A stretch of 64,000 bases of DNA from contig NC_091999.1 in the NCBI RefSeq assembly GCF_044704955.1, forward strand, positions 59,210,001 to 59,274,000, in the 5' to 3' direction. The position numbers and the translations under genes are program-made. Each line of letters opens with the position of its first letter. Within the stretch, counting starts at the first letter, position 1. The notes under the pieces were generated by a model. It saw only the letters and a program-made list of their open reading frames with translations, was not told the DNA's origin and ran no database searches. Below are positions 26,061-38,964 of this stretch, one piece after another. The stretch is from Pristiophorus japonicus (lineage: Eukaryota).

Positions 26061-27729
26061 TTAGGAACAAAAGAAAATAACAATTCGGAGCAAGAGTAGG
26101 CCATTCGGCCCCTCAAGCCTGCTCCACATTTTAATCAGAGCATGGCTGGTCTCTGACCTCAACTCCACGTTAACTGAAGTATCACATGCCAGACACTAAT
26201 CTACTAAATCTCCTCTTAACCTTTTCTACTCGAAGAACAAACCCATCTTCTCCGATCTCTCCACATTAACTGAAATCCCTCATCTAGGTACCAATCTACT
26301 AAATCTTATTTTAACCTTCTCTGCTCTAAGGGGAGCAACCCCAGCTTCGCAAGTCTCTCCACATAATTGTAACCCCCATACCTGATGCGTTTCCAGTAAA
26401 TTTATTCTGCACCCTCTGGAAAGACTTCACGTCCTTCCTACAATGTGGTGCCCAGAATTGGACAAAATACTCCAGCTGGGGCAGAACTAGTGTTTCTCAC
26501 CATTCATCCTTGGTACTATTCTGGTAAATCTCCCCTCAGCCTTCTCTGCTGTAAGGAGAACAGCCCCAGCTTCTCCAACTCTGTCCGCGCAGCGAGAGCT
26601 TACGTCCTACTGTCCCGTACTCACATTGACAGCGAGCTCCAGGCGGGCACTGGCCTGTCCACAACAGCGAGAAAGGGAAGGAAAAAACAGCAGCTGAAAG
26701 TCGACCGATGACTTAAAACAATTTTTAAATTGTTACGCTTACTTTTTTTTATAAACAGGAAAAATATCCTGACTGTGCCAACTAGAATTTCTACCCTGTG
26801 ACAGTTCACCAACCAACTCCCTCTCTGGAAAGGTCAACATTTTAATTCCTGTCAGCTTTTTTAGGTGGGGGTAGGGGGGTTAAATATATATATAATTGCC
26901 ATTGCTCTCTCTCTCATTTGTTAATATATATGAAAGCCCAGTGAAGGAATTGGCTGCAGAAAATTCCAGCTGAGGAATCCTCATCAATGGAAGCAGAAAC
27001 ACTGCAAAGGGGAAAAAAAGACACGTTTGGGCTGACAGAGGGAGGGAGGTAGTTAGGAATGGAACAAGGGATGGATGGAGAGGTGGAGGGGTGGCGGGAT
27101 GGACGGAGTTAGAAATGGGTGCACGGAGTGAGCAATTGATCGAGGGGGCGATGGAGGAAGGGAGGAGTGGAGCAAGGGAGGTGTAGTGTATTAGACGGGT
27201 GGAGTCCGGCTGGAGGGAGGGAGAGGTGGGTCCAGGGAGGGAGCGATTGATGGAGGCAGGTATGGCGGGTGGGCGGGATAGAGAGAGGGAGGGATGAAGG
27301 GATGGAGGGAAGGAGAGACGGGTGGAGGATGGGAGGGATGATCGGAGGGAATGATGGTGTATCTTCCAATTTACCCGATCAAAACTTTTCATGATTTTGA
27401 ACAGCTCTATTAAGTGGCCCAGAACTTGCTCGGCTCTAAGGAGAACAGTTCCAGCTTCCAGCTGCTCTGATGGTGCAGCTCACACAATGTAAATATCAAG
27501 TTCCGTGGGTCCTTCTGCCTCGAGCACTTCAAATGTTCGCTGCGGAATCACTGACACTTGTTTACGGACCCAGTGGAAATCACAGTGTGGTAATGACATC
27601 TCAGGCAAGATAAGAGAACTCGCGCCTGATGATAAACGGAGCGGTGTAAGACTGGGCTCAGACCTTGAACCTCAGACATGATGAGCTGAATGGCAGCATT
27701 TTAAAATACAAGCGGTGATATGTTCAAGC

Positions 27730-28178
27730 CTCGGCTCAGCAGGATCTCTCTCGCCTCTGACTCAGAAGGACACAGATACTAAACCCCGCTCGAGACATCT
27801 GAGCCCATAATCTAAACCGACACGCCTGATGTCAGTAGTTTGGGAGTGCTGCATGATCAGAGGTGCTGTCTTTCGTGGCAGATATTAAACTGAGGCCCCG
27901 TCTTCCCACTCAGGTGGATTTAAAGGACTCATGGCACTATGTTAAAGAGCAGAGGAGTTCTCCAGGGTTTCCAGCAGAAACATTTATCCCTCAGCCAACA
28001 TCTGAAAAATTGATTACCTGATCATTATTCCATTGCTGTTTATGGGATCTTGCTGTGCACAAATTGGCTGCCACGTTTCCTACATTACAACGGTGACCAC
28101 ACTTCCGAAATAATTCATTGGTTGTAAAGCACTTTGGGACAACTTGAGGTCATTAAAGGTGCTATATAAATGCAAGGT
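27730..28178 (+). mobile_element. Deu-domain SINE (SacSINE1-like)
   Basis: Same sequence and position in the unit as 11228-11665. Confidence 0.8.
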
Positions 28179-29949
28179 GTTTCTAAATGTCAACATTGGA
28201 AAATACATGTTGTGATATGTGAAAAGCTCAGATATTACTGTGATTGGCCGACACTCCTCTGCTCACTGCTTTAACCTATTAAGTTTCAATGGATTAAGTA
28301 TTCCACTAAATGGAGATCCAGTGGAATAGCAGCCTGTTCAGAGATGTTCCACTGAGTTTGGCAGCAGAACTTTCAGAACTGATTTATTCATTTTTAAATT
28401 TATTTCCTTTGATATAAATCACATCTGTTCTAATTGAACAAAACTAAAGCCAACGTCACTGTTCGAGATATGTATATTTTTGTGTACCAACTGTCAATAT
28501 TCTTAAAATAAGCCCTTGTTGTGAGTTGAAAAGAATCAATAAGTGAGTCTGTTGATCTTATTTTGCTGCCATGAATATTTCATCGGAACCAGTGAGGCGT
28601 TTATGTAAATAAACACAGAAATAGCAGTCTCAGATTAGAGTATTGTGCGACAGAAAGACAATAAATGTTTCCCCATCAACACAGCAGAGAAATAAAGATA
28701 GGGAGAAATGCAAATCTCTCAACAGATTCCAACAACAACTGTTTTTGGTACATTTCTCTAAATTATAGGTGAATAAATTAAAGATGATCCCCACAGACAG
28801 AAAGGGGAAAGATTCTAATCACCGTATATAGTGACATCACAAATGTGTCAGTGGAGACTTCCTGTATCCTCTCCCTCTCCTATTTCCACTTTCTGTCTTG
28901 TCTCTCAAGAATGGATAATTGGCTTTCCCCCACAACGAGATGTCAACATCCAACAAACGTTTTCCTTGAGCCCTAATCATATGCCTCGAACCAAATTGAT
29001 CAGAAACGCAGAAGGAGCTTTAATCCAAAATGTGACATGTGCATTTAATTATCTGGCAGTTTTTGATGGGACAATGTGGAGGGATCTTTAAACAGTATCT
29101 AACCCGTGCTTTCCCAGCTCTGGGCGTTTTTGATGGGACAGTGTAGAGACAGCTTTACTCTGTATCTGACACATGCTGTACCTGCCCTGTAAGTTACATA
29201 GCTTAGTGCAGTAATAACTGAGACAGGGTCTAGTTTAATATAAACAGAGGCATGGTCTAGTTTATTATTATGAAAGAATTGGGCTCGTGTAATATAAAGA
29301 GTGTCTTTGTCTAATTTACTATAAGCAGAGACAGGGTCTTCGGTAATAGGAACAAAGGCATGGCATACTCCAGTAATATCTGAAACAGGGCCTAATACAA
29401 TATTAGTGTTTCTAGTGCAGTAATAACTGAAGTAGTGGCTCGTGCAGTAAGTACTGATACTGGAACATTGTTTATTGGTTGCTGGCATGTGCGTGTGGGT
29501 GTCGCTGGCAAGGCCAACATTGATTGTCTATCCCTAATTGGCTTTGAAAAGCAGGTGGTGAACTGCCATCTTGAACGGCTGCAGCCCGTGTGGTGAAGGT
29601 ACTCCCACAGTGTTAGGGAGGGTGTTCCACGAAATTGACCCAGCGATTATGAAGGATCGGTAATAAATTTCCAAGTTAAGATGGTGTGTGATTTGGAGGG
29701 TTATGTGGAGGGTATGGTGCTCCCATGAGCCCGGAGCCCTTGTCCTTCTAGGTGGAAGAGGTCGTAGGTTTGTAAAGTGCTGTCGAAGAAGTCTTGGCGA
29801 GTTGCTGCAATGCATCTTGTAGATAGTACTCACTGCAGACATAGTGCGCCGGTGGTGGAGGTAGTGAATATTTAACGTGGTGAATTGAGTAATATAAACA
29901 GGAATAGGGTCTAGTGTAATAATACCTGAGACAGGTTCTGGTGTATTAT

Positions 29950-31050
29950 AGAATCATAGAATGGTCACAGCACAGAAGAGGGCCAGTTGGCCCATATAGC
30001 CCATGCCGCTCTCTGCAAGAGTATTTCAGCTAGTCCACTCGCCCGCCCTTTCCCATAGCCCTGTGAATTTTCTTAATTGAGGTACTTATCGAATTCCCTT
30101 TGTAATGCCATGAATGACTCAGCCTCTTCCATCCTTTCAGGCAGTGCATTACAGATCCTAACCTCTAGCTGTGTAAAAACGTTTTCCTCATGGGAACAGT
30201 TTCTCTCCAGCTACTCTGTCTCGACCCCTTATGATTCTGAACACCTCTCTCAAATCTGATCTCAAACTTCTCTGCTCTAGGGCAAACAATCCCAGCTTCT
30301 CCAGTCTATCCACAAAACTGAAGTGTCTTATCCCTGGAACAACACGTAAATCCTTTCTGCCCCCTCTGGAAGAGCTTCACATCCTTGCTAATGTGTGGTG
30401 TCCAGAATTGGACACAATACTCCAGTTGAGGCCTAACCAATGTTTTATACATGTTCATCATAATTTCCTTCCTTTTGTATACTATGACTCTATTTATGAA
30501 GCCCAGGATTCCGTATGCTTTTAAAACAATTTCTCAACCTTTCCTGCCATCTTCGATAATTTGTGCAAACATACCCCCAGGTTTCTCTGTTCATCACACC
30601 TTTTAGAATTGTACTCTTTCGTTTATTTTCCCTCTCCGCGTTCATGCTACAAAAATGTATCACTTGAAAATGTTCTCCGTTTCATTTGCCACGTGTCCAC
30701 CCATTCCACCAGAATATCTATGTCCTCTTGCAGTCAGCACTATCCTCCTCACTGTTCACTATGCTTCCAAGCCATGAATGATATGAACATTTTAAATTGT
30801 GCCCCGTACACCAACATCTACGCCATGAATATAAATCAAGATAAGCAGAGTTCCCATTACCTACCGCTGCGGAACACCACTGTGTACCTTCCTCCAGTCC
30901 AAATAAAAACATTACTCTTGATTTCTGTCACTCAGCCAATTTCATATCCATGCTGCCACTGTTCTTTTTCTTTTATGGGCTTCAACTTTGCCGGCAAGGA
31001 TATTATCAAGACACTTTATCTAACGCCTTTTGGAAGTGGACCACATCAAC
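29950..31050 (-). mobile_element. Old CR1 3' fragment (paralog of 3470-4600)
   Basis: atagaatcatagaat tail; similarity to 3470-4600. Confidence 0.8.
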
Positions 31051-32044
31051 CATATAAACTGAGACTGGGTATTGGTGCAGTAAAAACTGCGACGGGGTCT
31101 GGTGTAACGAGAGAAACAACACATCAGACAATTACAGATTTATTAACCTCATGTCAGGTACAGGTGCATTTTCATTTTTACCAACACTTACACTAATCAT
31201 CCACAGTGGAGATAAATCTCAGGAACTTCTGTGTGACGGTGAGTTTATCACTAGACAATAAAGCGGGGGGCTGCTGATTATACTCGGTGGGATTCAATCG
31301 CCTTTCCCACTGAATACAACGACAGACATGCTCACCTTGGTAACGGAATGGTCAGTGCGACATCACTTCCTATACAAGAGCATACAGGACAATGGGTTAT
31401 CAATAAATTTTAAAGTTATTAAACGACATGCAATTGCATTTTGAATACAATAAAATGCTTAAAAATAATGGTTGAAGCTAATCATTTATCTTTGTTTAAT
31501 GCACACATAATGAATGATGTGTTTTGTACACACACACATACACATACACATACACATATCGGAAAAACTTCGTGTGTGCTCTTTTCAGTTGTTCATCTTA
31601 ACGAGATGAGAACATTTTTTCAGGTGGATATTAGGACCACGCGGCCGCCCATCCGGCGGTGTTGTTCGGTCAAGTTTCCAGGCTCTGTCTGACATAATCA
31701 GTGGGTCACGTGACAGCGAACTAGCAAATACTGCAGGAAAAACAATCCTTAACATTAAAGAACTTGGAGTAATTGGCACAGGACAACACACGTGCAAATT
31801 AGTAACCTTTAACACACAGATTGCCACTAAGTAGTACAAAGTGCAGTGCACTATTGCACACATTCACTCCTGTCCCTCAATCCCAGTCCACCTCTTGGAC
31901 ATTGTTACAAAATTCACCACATCTTCTCAACACAAATATTTACGAAACAATACCAAATCAAGCAGAAATTGCAGACAGCTCTTGATAGCTGTTAACAAAA
32001 CTAAACATATACTTCAAACCAAAAAAAGTATTGCATCCTCACAG

Positions 32045-33283
32045 AGTCTAGTGTAATATTACATAGACAGGGTCTAGTGCAATATAAAGAGAGACAAGGT
32101 ATAATATAATATAAGCAGGGACAGAGCCTAGTTTAATGTAAACAGCAGCAGGGTCTAGTGTAATATAAACAGGGACAGGGCCTTGAGTGATATAAACAGA
32201 GACAGGGTCGAGTGCAATATAAACAGGGCCGGGGTCTAGTGTAATTTAAACAAAGACAGGGTCTAGTGTAATATGAAAATAGACAAGGTCTAGTAGAACA
32301 TAAAGAGAGACAGGCCTAACATAACGTAAACAGGGACAGGGTCTAGTGCAAAATAAACTGAGACAGGGTCTACTGTAATATAAACTGAGACAGGGTCTAT
32401 TGTATTATAAACCGAGACAGGATCGAGTGTAATATAAACAGATACATGGCCTAGTGTAATTTAAACAGCAACAGGGTCGAGTGTAATATAAACAGGGACA
32501 GGGTCTCGTGTAATATAAACAGAGACGTGGTCTAGTGTAATATAAACAGAGACAGGGCCAATCTACCAATCTACTTCATCCACCCTGCGCGTTGCATCCT
32601 TACTTAAAGAAATCCATCAAATTTGTCAAACATGATTTCCCTTTCATAAAACCATGCAGACACTGTCTGATTGAATTATGCTTTTGTAATTGTCCCGGTA
32701 CTGATACTTAGACTCCAGCATTTTCCCAACGACAGATTTTAGACAAACTCGCCTATAGTTTACTGCTTTTTTAGATGGGGACAGGATCTAGTGCAATATA
32801 AACAGTAACAGCGTCTGGTATGATATAAACAGTGACAACGTCCACTGTAATTTAAACAGCAAGAGGGTCGAGTGCAATATAAACAGAGACAGGGTCTGTG
32901 TAATATAAATATAGGCAGGGCCTATTGTAATATAAATAGAGACAGGTCTAGTCTAATATATAAACATAGACAGGGTCTAATGTAATATAAACAGAGACAT
33001 GGGCTAGAGTAATATATAAAAAAAGGCAGGATCTAGTGCAGGAATAAATAAGACAGGGCCGTACTTTATATAGACAGAGATACCATTGAATGTAATGTAA
33101 AGGGAAACATGGTTTAGCAGAATGATAACTGAGTCAGGGCCTAGAGGCCTTTAACCAAAGACAGGGTCTAATTTAATATAAGCAGAGACAGATTCGAGTG
33201 TAATATGAACAAGGACATGGTCGAGTGTACTGTAAACAGAGACAGGGCCTAGTGTAACATAAACAGAGACAGGGTGTAGTGTT
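32045..33283. repeat. 27-bp minisatellite with a short CR1 fragment at ~32570-32770
   Basis: Tandem units. Confidence 0.88.
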
Positions 33284-35012
33284 CATAAGAACATAAGAAT
33301 TAGGAACAGGAGTAGGCCATAAAGCCCCTCGAGCCTGCTCAGCCACTCAACAAGATCATGGCTGATTTGGCCGTGGACTCAGCTCCACTTACCCGCCCGC
33401 TCCCCATAACCATTAATTCCCTTATTGGTTAAAAATCTATCTGTGACTTGTATACATTCAATGAGCTAGCCTCAACTGCTTCCCTGGGTAGAGAATTCCA
33501 CAGATTCACAACCCTCTGGCAGAAGAAATTCCTTCTCAACTCGGTTTGAAATTGGCTCCCCTGTATTTTGAGGCTGTGCCCCCTAGTTCTGGTCCCCCCG
33601 ACCAGTGGAAACAACCTCTCTGCCTCTATCTTGTCTATCACTTTCATTATTTTAAATGTTTCTATAAGATCACCACTCATCCTTCTGAACTCCAATGAGT
33701 AAAGACGCAGTCTACTCAATCTATCTTCATAAGGTAACCCCCTCATCTCCGGAATCAGCCTAGTGAATCGTCTCTGTAACCCTCCAAAGCTAGTATATCC
33801 TTCCTTAAGTAAGGTGACCAAAACTGCATGCAGTACTCCAGGTGCGGCCTCACCAATACCCTGTTAAGTTTCAGCAGGACCTCCCTGCTTTTGTACTCCA
33901 TCCCTCTCGCAATGAAGGCCAACATTCCATTCGCCTTCCTGAATGCTACTGCAAATGCAAACTAACTTTTTGGGATTCATGCACAAGGACCCCCAGGTCC
34001 CTCTGCACCGCAGCATGTTGTAATTTCTCCCCTTTCAAATAATATTCCCTTTTACTGTTTTTTTTTCAAGGTGGATGACCTCACATTTTCCGACATTGTA
34101 ATCCATCTGCCAAACCTGAGCCCATTCGCTTAACCTATCTAAATCTCTTTGCAGCATCTCTGTGTCCTATACACAACCCGCTTTCCTACTAATCTTTGTG
34201 TCATCTGCAAATGTTGTTACACTACAGTCTGTCCCCTTTTTCAGGTCATCTATGTATATTGTACACAGTTGTTGTCGCAGCACCGATCCTGTGGCACAAC
34301 ACTAACCATCGATTTCCAACCCAAAAAGGATCCATTTATCCCGACTCTCTGCTTTCTGCCAGCCAGCCAATTCTCAATCCATGCAAATACATTTCCTCTG
34401 ACTCTGTCTACCATTATATTCTGCAGTAACCTTTTGTGTGGTACCTTATCGAATGCCTTTTGGAAATGTAAATACACCACATCCATCGGTACACCTCTAT
34501 CCACCATGCTCGTTATATCCTCAAAGAATTCCAGTAAATTAGTTAAACTTCATTTCCTCTTCCTGAATCCATATTGCGTCTGCTTGATTGCACTATTCCT
34601 ATCTAGATGTCCCGCTATTTCTTCCTTAATGTTAGCTTCAAGCATTTTCCCCACTACAGATGTTAAACTAACCGGCCTATAGTTACCTGCCTTTTGTCTG
34701 CCCCCTTTTTAAAACAGAAGCGTTACATTAGCTGCTTTCAAATCCGATGGTACCTCCCCATAGTCCAGAGAATTTTGGTAGATTTTAACGAATGCATCTG
34801 CTATAACATCCGCCATCTCTTTTAATACCCTGGGATGTATTTCATCAGGACCAGTGGACTTGTCTACCTTGAGATCCATTAGCCTGTCCAGCACTACTCC
34901 CCTCATGATAGTGATTGTCTCAAGGTCCTCCCTTCCCACATTCCCGTGACCAGCAATTTTTGGGATGGTTTTTGTGTCTTCCACTGTGACTTTTGTGTCT
35001 TCCACTGTGAAG
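33284..35012 (-). mobile_element. CR1 LINE 3' ~1.7 kb
   Basis: cataagaacataagaa tail; QRRFTRLIPEM, DVVYLHFQKAFDKVPH, DKSTGPDEIHPRVLKE. Confidence 0.92.
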
Positions 35013-35289
35013 GGCCCCATGTAATATAAACAGAGACATGGTGTAATATAAGCAGAGACAGGATCTACTGCAAGATAAACAGAGACAGGATCGAGTTTAA
35101 TAGAAACAGAGGCAGGTCAAAATAACTTAAACCGAGAGAGGATCTAGTATAATATAAGGAGAGATATGGCCTCATGCAATATAAACAGAGACAGTGCCTA
35201 GTGTAATATTAACTGATACATGGTCTTGTGCAGTAATAGCTGTGCCCTCTAGATAATGGCCCTCCTGCCAGTATAAACATTTTCATAGA

Positions 35290-36700
35290 ATCGTAGGAAC
35301 ATAAGCACATAAGAAATAGGAGCAGGTTCAGGCTAGCTGGCCCTTCGAGCCTGCTCCATCATTTAACGACATCATAGCTGATCTGATCATAGACTGAGCT
35401 CTATTTCCCTGCCCGCTCCCATAACCATTCATTCCCTTATCGCTCAAAAATATGTGTATCTCCGCCTTAAATGTATTCAATGACCCGGCCTCCACAGCTC
35501 GCTAGGACAGCGAATTCCACAGATTTACAATCCTCTGAGGGAAGAAATTCCTCCTCATCTCAGTTTAAAATGGGCAGCTCCTTATTCTAGGACTATGTCC
35601 CCAAGTTTTATTTTCCCTGATGAGTGCAAATATACTCTCGACATCCACCTTGCGAGCCCCACATTACCTTATACATTTCGATAAGATCCCCTCTCATTGT
35701 TCTTAACCCCAATACGTATAGGTCCAATATAGTCAACTTATCTTCATAATTCATCCCCCTCATGTCCGGAATCAACTTAGTGAGCCTTCTCTCAACAGCC
35801 TCCAATGCACGTATATCCTTTCTTAAATATGGAGACCAAAAATGTACGCAGTGCACCAGGTGTGGCCTCACCAATACCACGTACGAGCCTTCTTTGCTTT
35901 TATACTTTTTCCCCCTTGCAATAAAGGCAAGAATTCCATTTGCCTTCCTGATTAATTGTAGCACCTGCAAACTAACTTTTTGTGTTTCATGCACAAGGAC
36001 ATACAGGTCTCTCTGTCTTGCAGCACTTTGCAATTTTTCTCCATTTAAATTCAAATTTGCTTTTCTACTTTTTCTGCCAAAGTGGATAACCTCACATTTT
36101 CCCACATTATACTCCATCTGCCAAATTTTTGCACACTCATTTAGCCTGTCTATGTCCCTTTGCAGCTATTTTGTGTCCTCCTCACAATTTGCTTTCTGTC
36201 AATCTTTTTATCATCAGCAAACTTGGCTACATTACACGCTGTCCCTTCATCCATGTCATTAACATAGATTGTAAAATTTGAGGACACAGCACCGATCCTT
36301 GCGGCACCACACTAGTCACTGTTTGCCAACCGGAAAATGACACATTTATCCCGACTCTCTGTTTTCTGTCAGTTAGCCAAAGCTCTATCCATGCTAATAC
36401 ATTAGCCCCAACCCCGTGAACTTTTATCTTGTGCAGGGACCTTTTGTGTGGCACCTAATCGATTGGAAATCCACATATACCACATCCACTGGTTCTCCAT
36501 TATCCACCCTGATCGTTACATCCTCAACAAACACAAGCAAATTTGTCAAACATGAGTTCTTTTTAATAAAACCTTTGCTTGATTTAATTATGCATATCCA
36601 AATATCCCGCTACTGCTTCCTTAATAATGGAGTCCAGCATTTTCCCAACGACAGATGTTAGGCTAACTTGTCTATAGTTTCCAATTTTTGCCTTTCTCCT
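35290..36700 (-). mobile_element. CR1 LINE 3' part
   Basis: MEYNVGKCEVIHFG, LVRPHLVHCVHFWSPY, VPQGSVL. Confidence 0.92.
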
Positions 36701-36709
36701 TTATAAAAT

Positions 36710-37390
36710 CGGGACAGGATCTCGTGTAATTAAAACAGAGATAGCGTATTGGGTAAATTAAACGGTGACAATGTCTCGTGTAATATAAACAGAAACAGGG
36801 TCCAGTGTAATATAAACCGAGACAGGATCTAGTGCAATATAAACACAGACAGGATCTGGTGTATAATAAACAGAGACAGGGTCTCGTGTAATATATAAAG
36901 ACAGATGGTCTCGTCTAATATAACAGATACAGAGTCTAGTGTAATATAAATAGAGACAGGGTCTAGTGTAATATATAACGAGACATGGTTTAGGATAATA
37001 TAAACAGAGACATGGTCTAGCCTGATATAAATAGAGACACGGTCTAGTGTAATATAAACAGAGACATGGTCTAGTCTGATATAAATAGAGACACGGTCTA
37101 GTGTAATATAAACAGAGATAGGGTCTAATGTAATGTATACAGAGACATGATATATAAATAGAGTTAGGGTCTAGTATATTATATACAGAGAGAGGGTCTA
37201 GTGTAGAATAAGCAGAGACAGGGTCTAGTGTAATATAAACAGAGATAGGGTATAGTGCAATATAAACAGAACCAGCGTCTGGTGCAATATAAACAGTGAC
37301 AGTATCGAGTGTGATATAAACAGAGAGAGGGCTAATGTAATATTAATAGTGACAGGGTCTAGTGTAATATAAACAGAGACATAGTGTAGT
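36710..37390. repeat. 27-bp minisatellite
   Basis: Tandem units. Confidence 0.9.
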
Positions 37391-38089
37391 GGAGTAATAA
37401 CTGAGAAACAATCTGCTGTGATTTCATAGTGTCACAGACAATTATGGCATAAAGAAAGCCATTCGTTCCATCACGCCTCTGCTGGCTCTGAGTGAAAACA
37501 AATTCTGCTCTTCTCCTGCTAATGCTTTTAAATATAGGACCTCTGCTTAGTGAGAGCCGATACACTATATCATAGAATCTTAGAAATTTACAGTACGGAA
37601 GGAAGCCATTTCAGTCCTTTGTACAGTGCCAGCCGACCAAGAGCTATCCTGCCTAATTCCACTTTCGAGCTCATGTTCTGTAGCCTGTAGGTTACGACAC
37701 GTTAATTGAACATCCAAGTATCGTTTAAATATGGTGAGGATTCCTGCCTCAATCAATATTTCATGCAGTGCGTTTCAGACACCCACCACCCTCTCGGTGA
37801 AGACATGTCCCCTTATATCTCCTCTACATTATAAAAACAAGTTAGCATGTTGAAGACATCTATTAGGTCGCTAATTAAACTTCTCTGTTACAAGGAGAAA
37901 AGTTCTAACTTTTGAACGCTCTAATTGAAGCCTCTCATCCCTGGTAACAACACGTTAAACCTCTTCCGTACCCTTTCTAGTGTCTGTACATCGTTATGGA
38001 AATGTGGTGCCCAAAATTGTCCATAATATTCCATGTGAAATCTAAGGCCAAATATAAGCAGATATAAGTTGCAACAGATTAATAACTGA

Positions 38090-38832
38090 GCCAGCGTCCA
38101 GAGTGATTTAAATAGAGACTGGGTCTAGTGCAAGATAAACAGTGATAGGCTCCTGTGTAACATATAAAGAGATAGGTTCCAGTGTAATATAAAGTGAGAT
38201 ATGGACGAGTGTAACATAAACAATGACAGGGTCTAGTTTAATATAAACAGAGATAGGGTCGTGCAATATAAACTGAGAAAGGATCTAGTGTAATATAAAC
38301 TGAGACAGGGTCTAGTGTAATGTAAACAGAGACAGGGTCTATGTTAATATAAACAGCGACAGAGTCGAGTGTAATGTAAACAGAGACAGGATCTAGTGTA
38401 ATATAAACTGAGACAGGGTCTAGTGTAATATAAACAGAGACATGTTCTAGTGCAATATAAACAGAAACAGGGCCTGCTTTACAATAAACAGAGGCAATGT
38501 CTAGTATAATATAAAGAGACATAGGGTCTAGTGTAATATAATCAGAGACAGTGTCGAGTGTATTCTAAACAGTGACTGGGTCTAGTGTAATATAAACAGA
38601 GACAGCGTCGAGTGTAATATAAAGAGAGACAGGGTCTCGTGTAATATAAACAGAAACAGGGCCTAGTGTAATATAAAGAGAGACAGGGTCTCGTGTAATA
38701 TAAACAGAGACAGGGTCTAGTGTAATGTAAACAGGGACAGGGTCTCGTGTAATATACACAGAGACAGGGTCTAGTGTGATGTAAGCAGGGACAGGGTCTA
38801 GTGTAATCTCAGCAGAAACAGGGTCTAGTGAA
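38090..38832. repeat. 27-bp minisatellite
   Basis: Tandem units; translates as (VYITLDPVS)n. Confidence 0.92.
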
Positions 38833-38964
38833 GTAAAACATTTTAAATCTCTGGCTTGTGGTTACTGAACATCCTACAAGTGGAAATGGTTCATAACTAT
38901 TTACTCGATTAAAACTCCTCATAATTTTGATCGCCTCTATTAAATCGCCCTTAACATTCTCGGA

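Larger units (their letters stand above)
26550..32045. repeat. Segmental duplication unit, copy 3 (blocks C, SINE, A, B)
   Basis: Collinear with 10110-16870. Confidence 0.85.

Noticed and set aside
38090-38832. 27-bp repeats as a CRISPR array or repeat protein
   Set aside because: Head-to-tail units with no spacers; vertebrate minisatellite whose length is a multiple of 3
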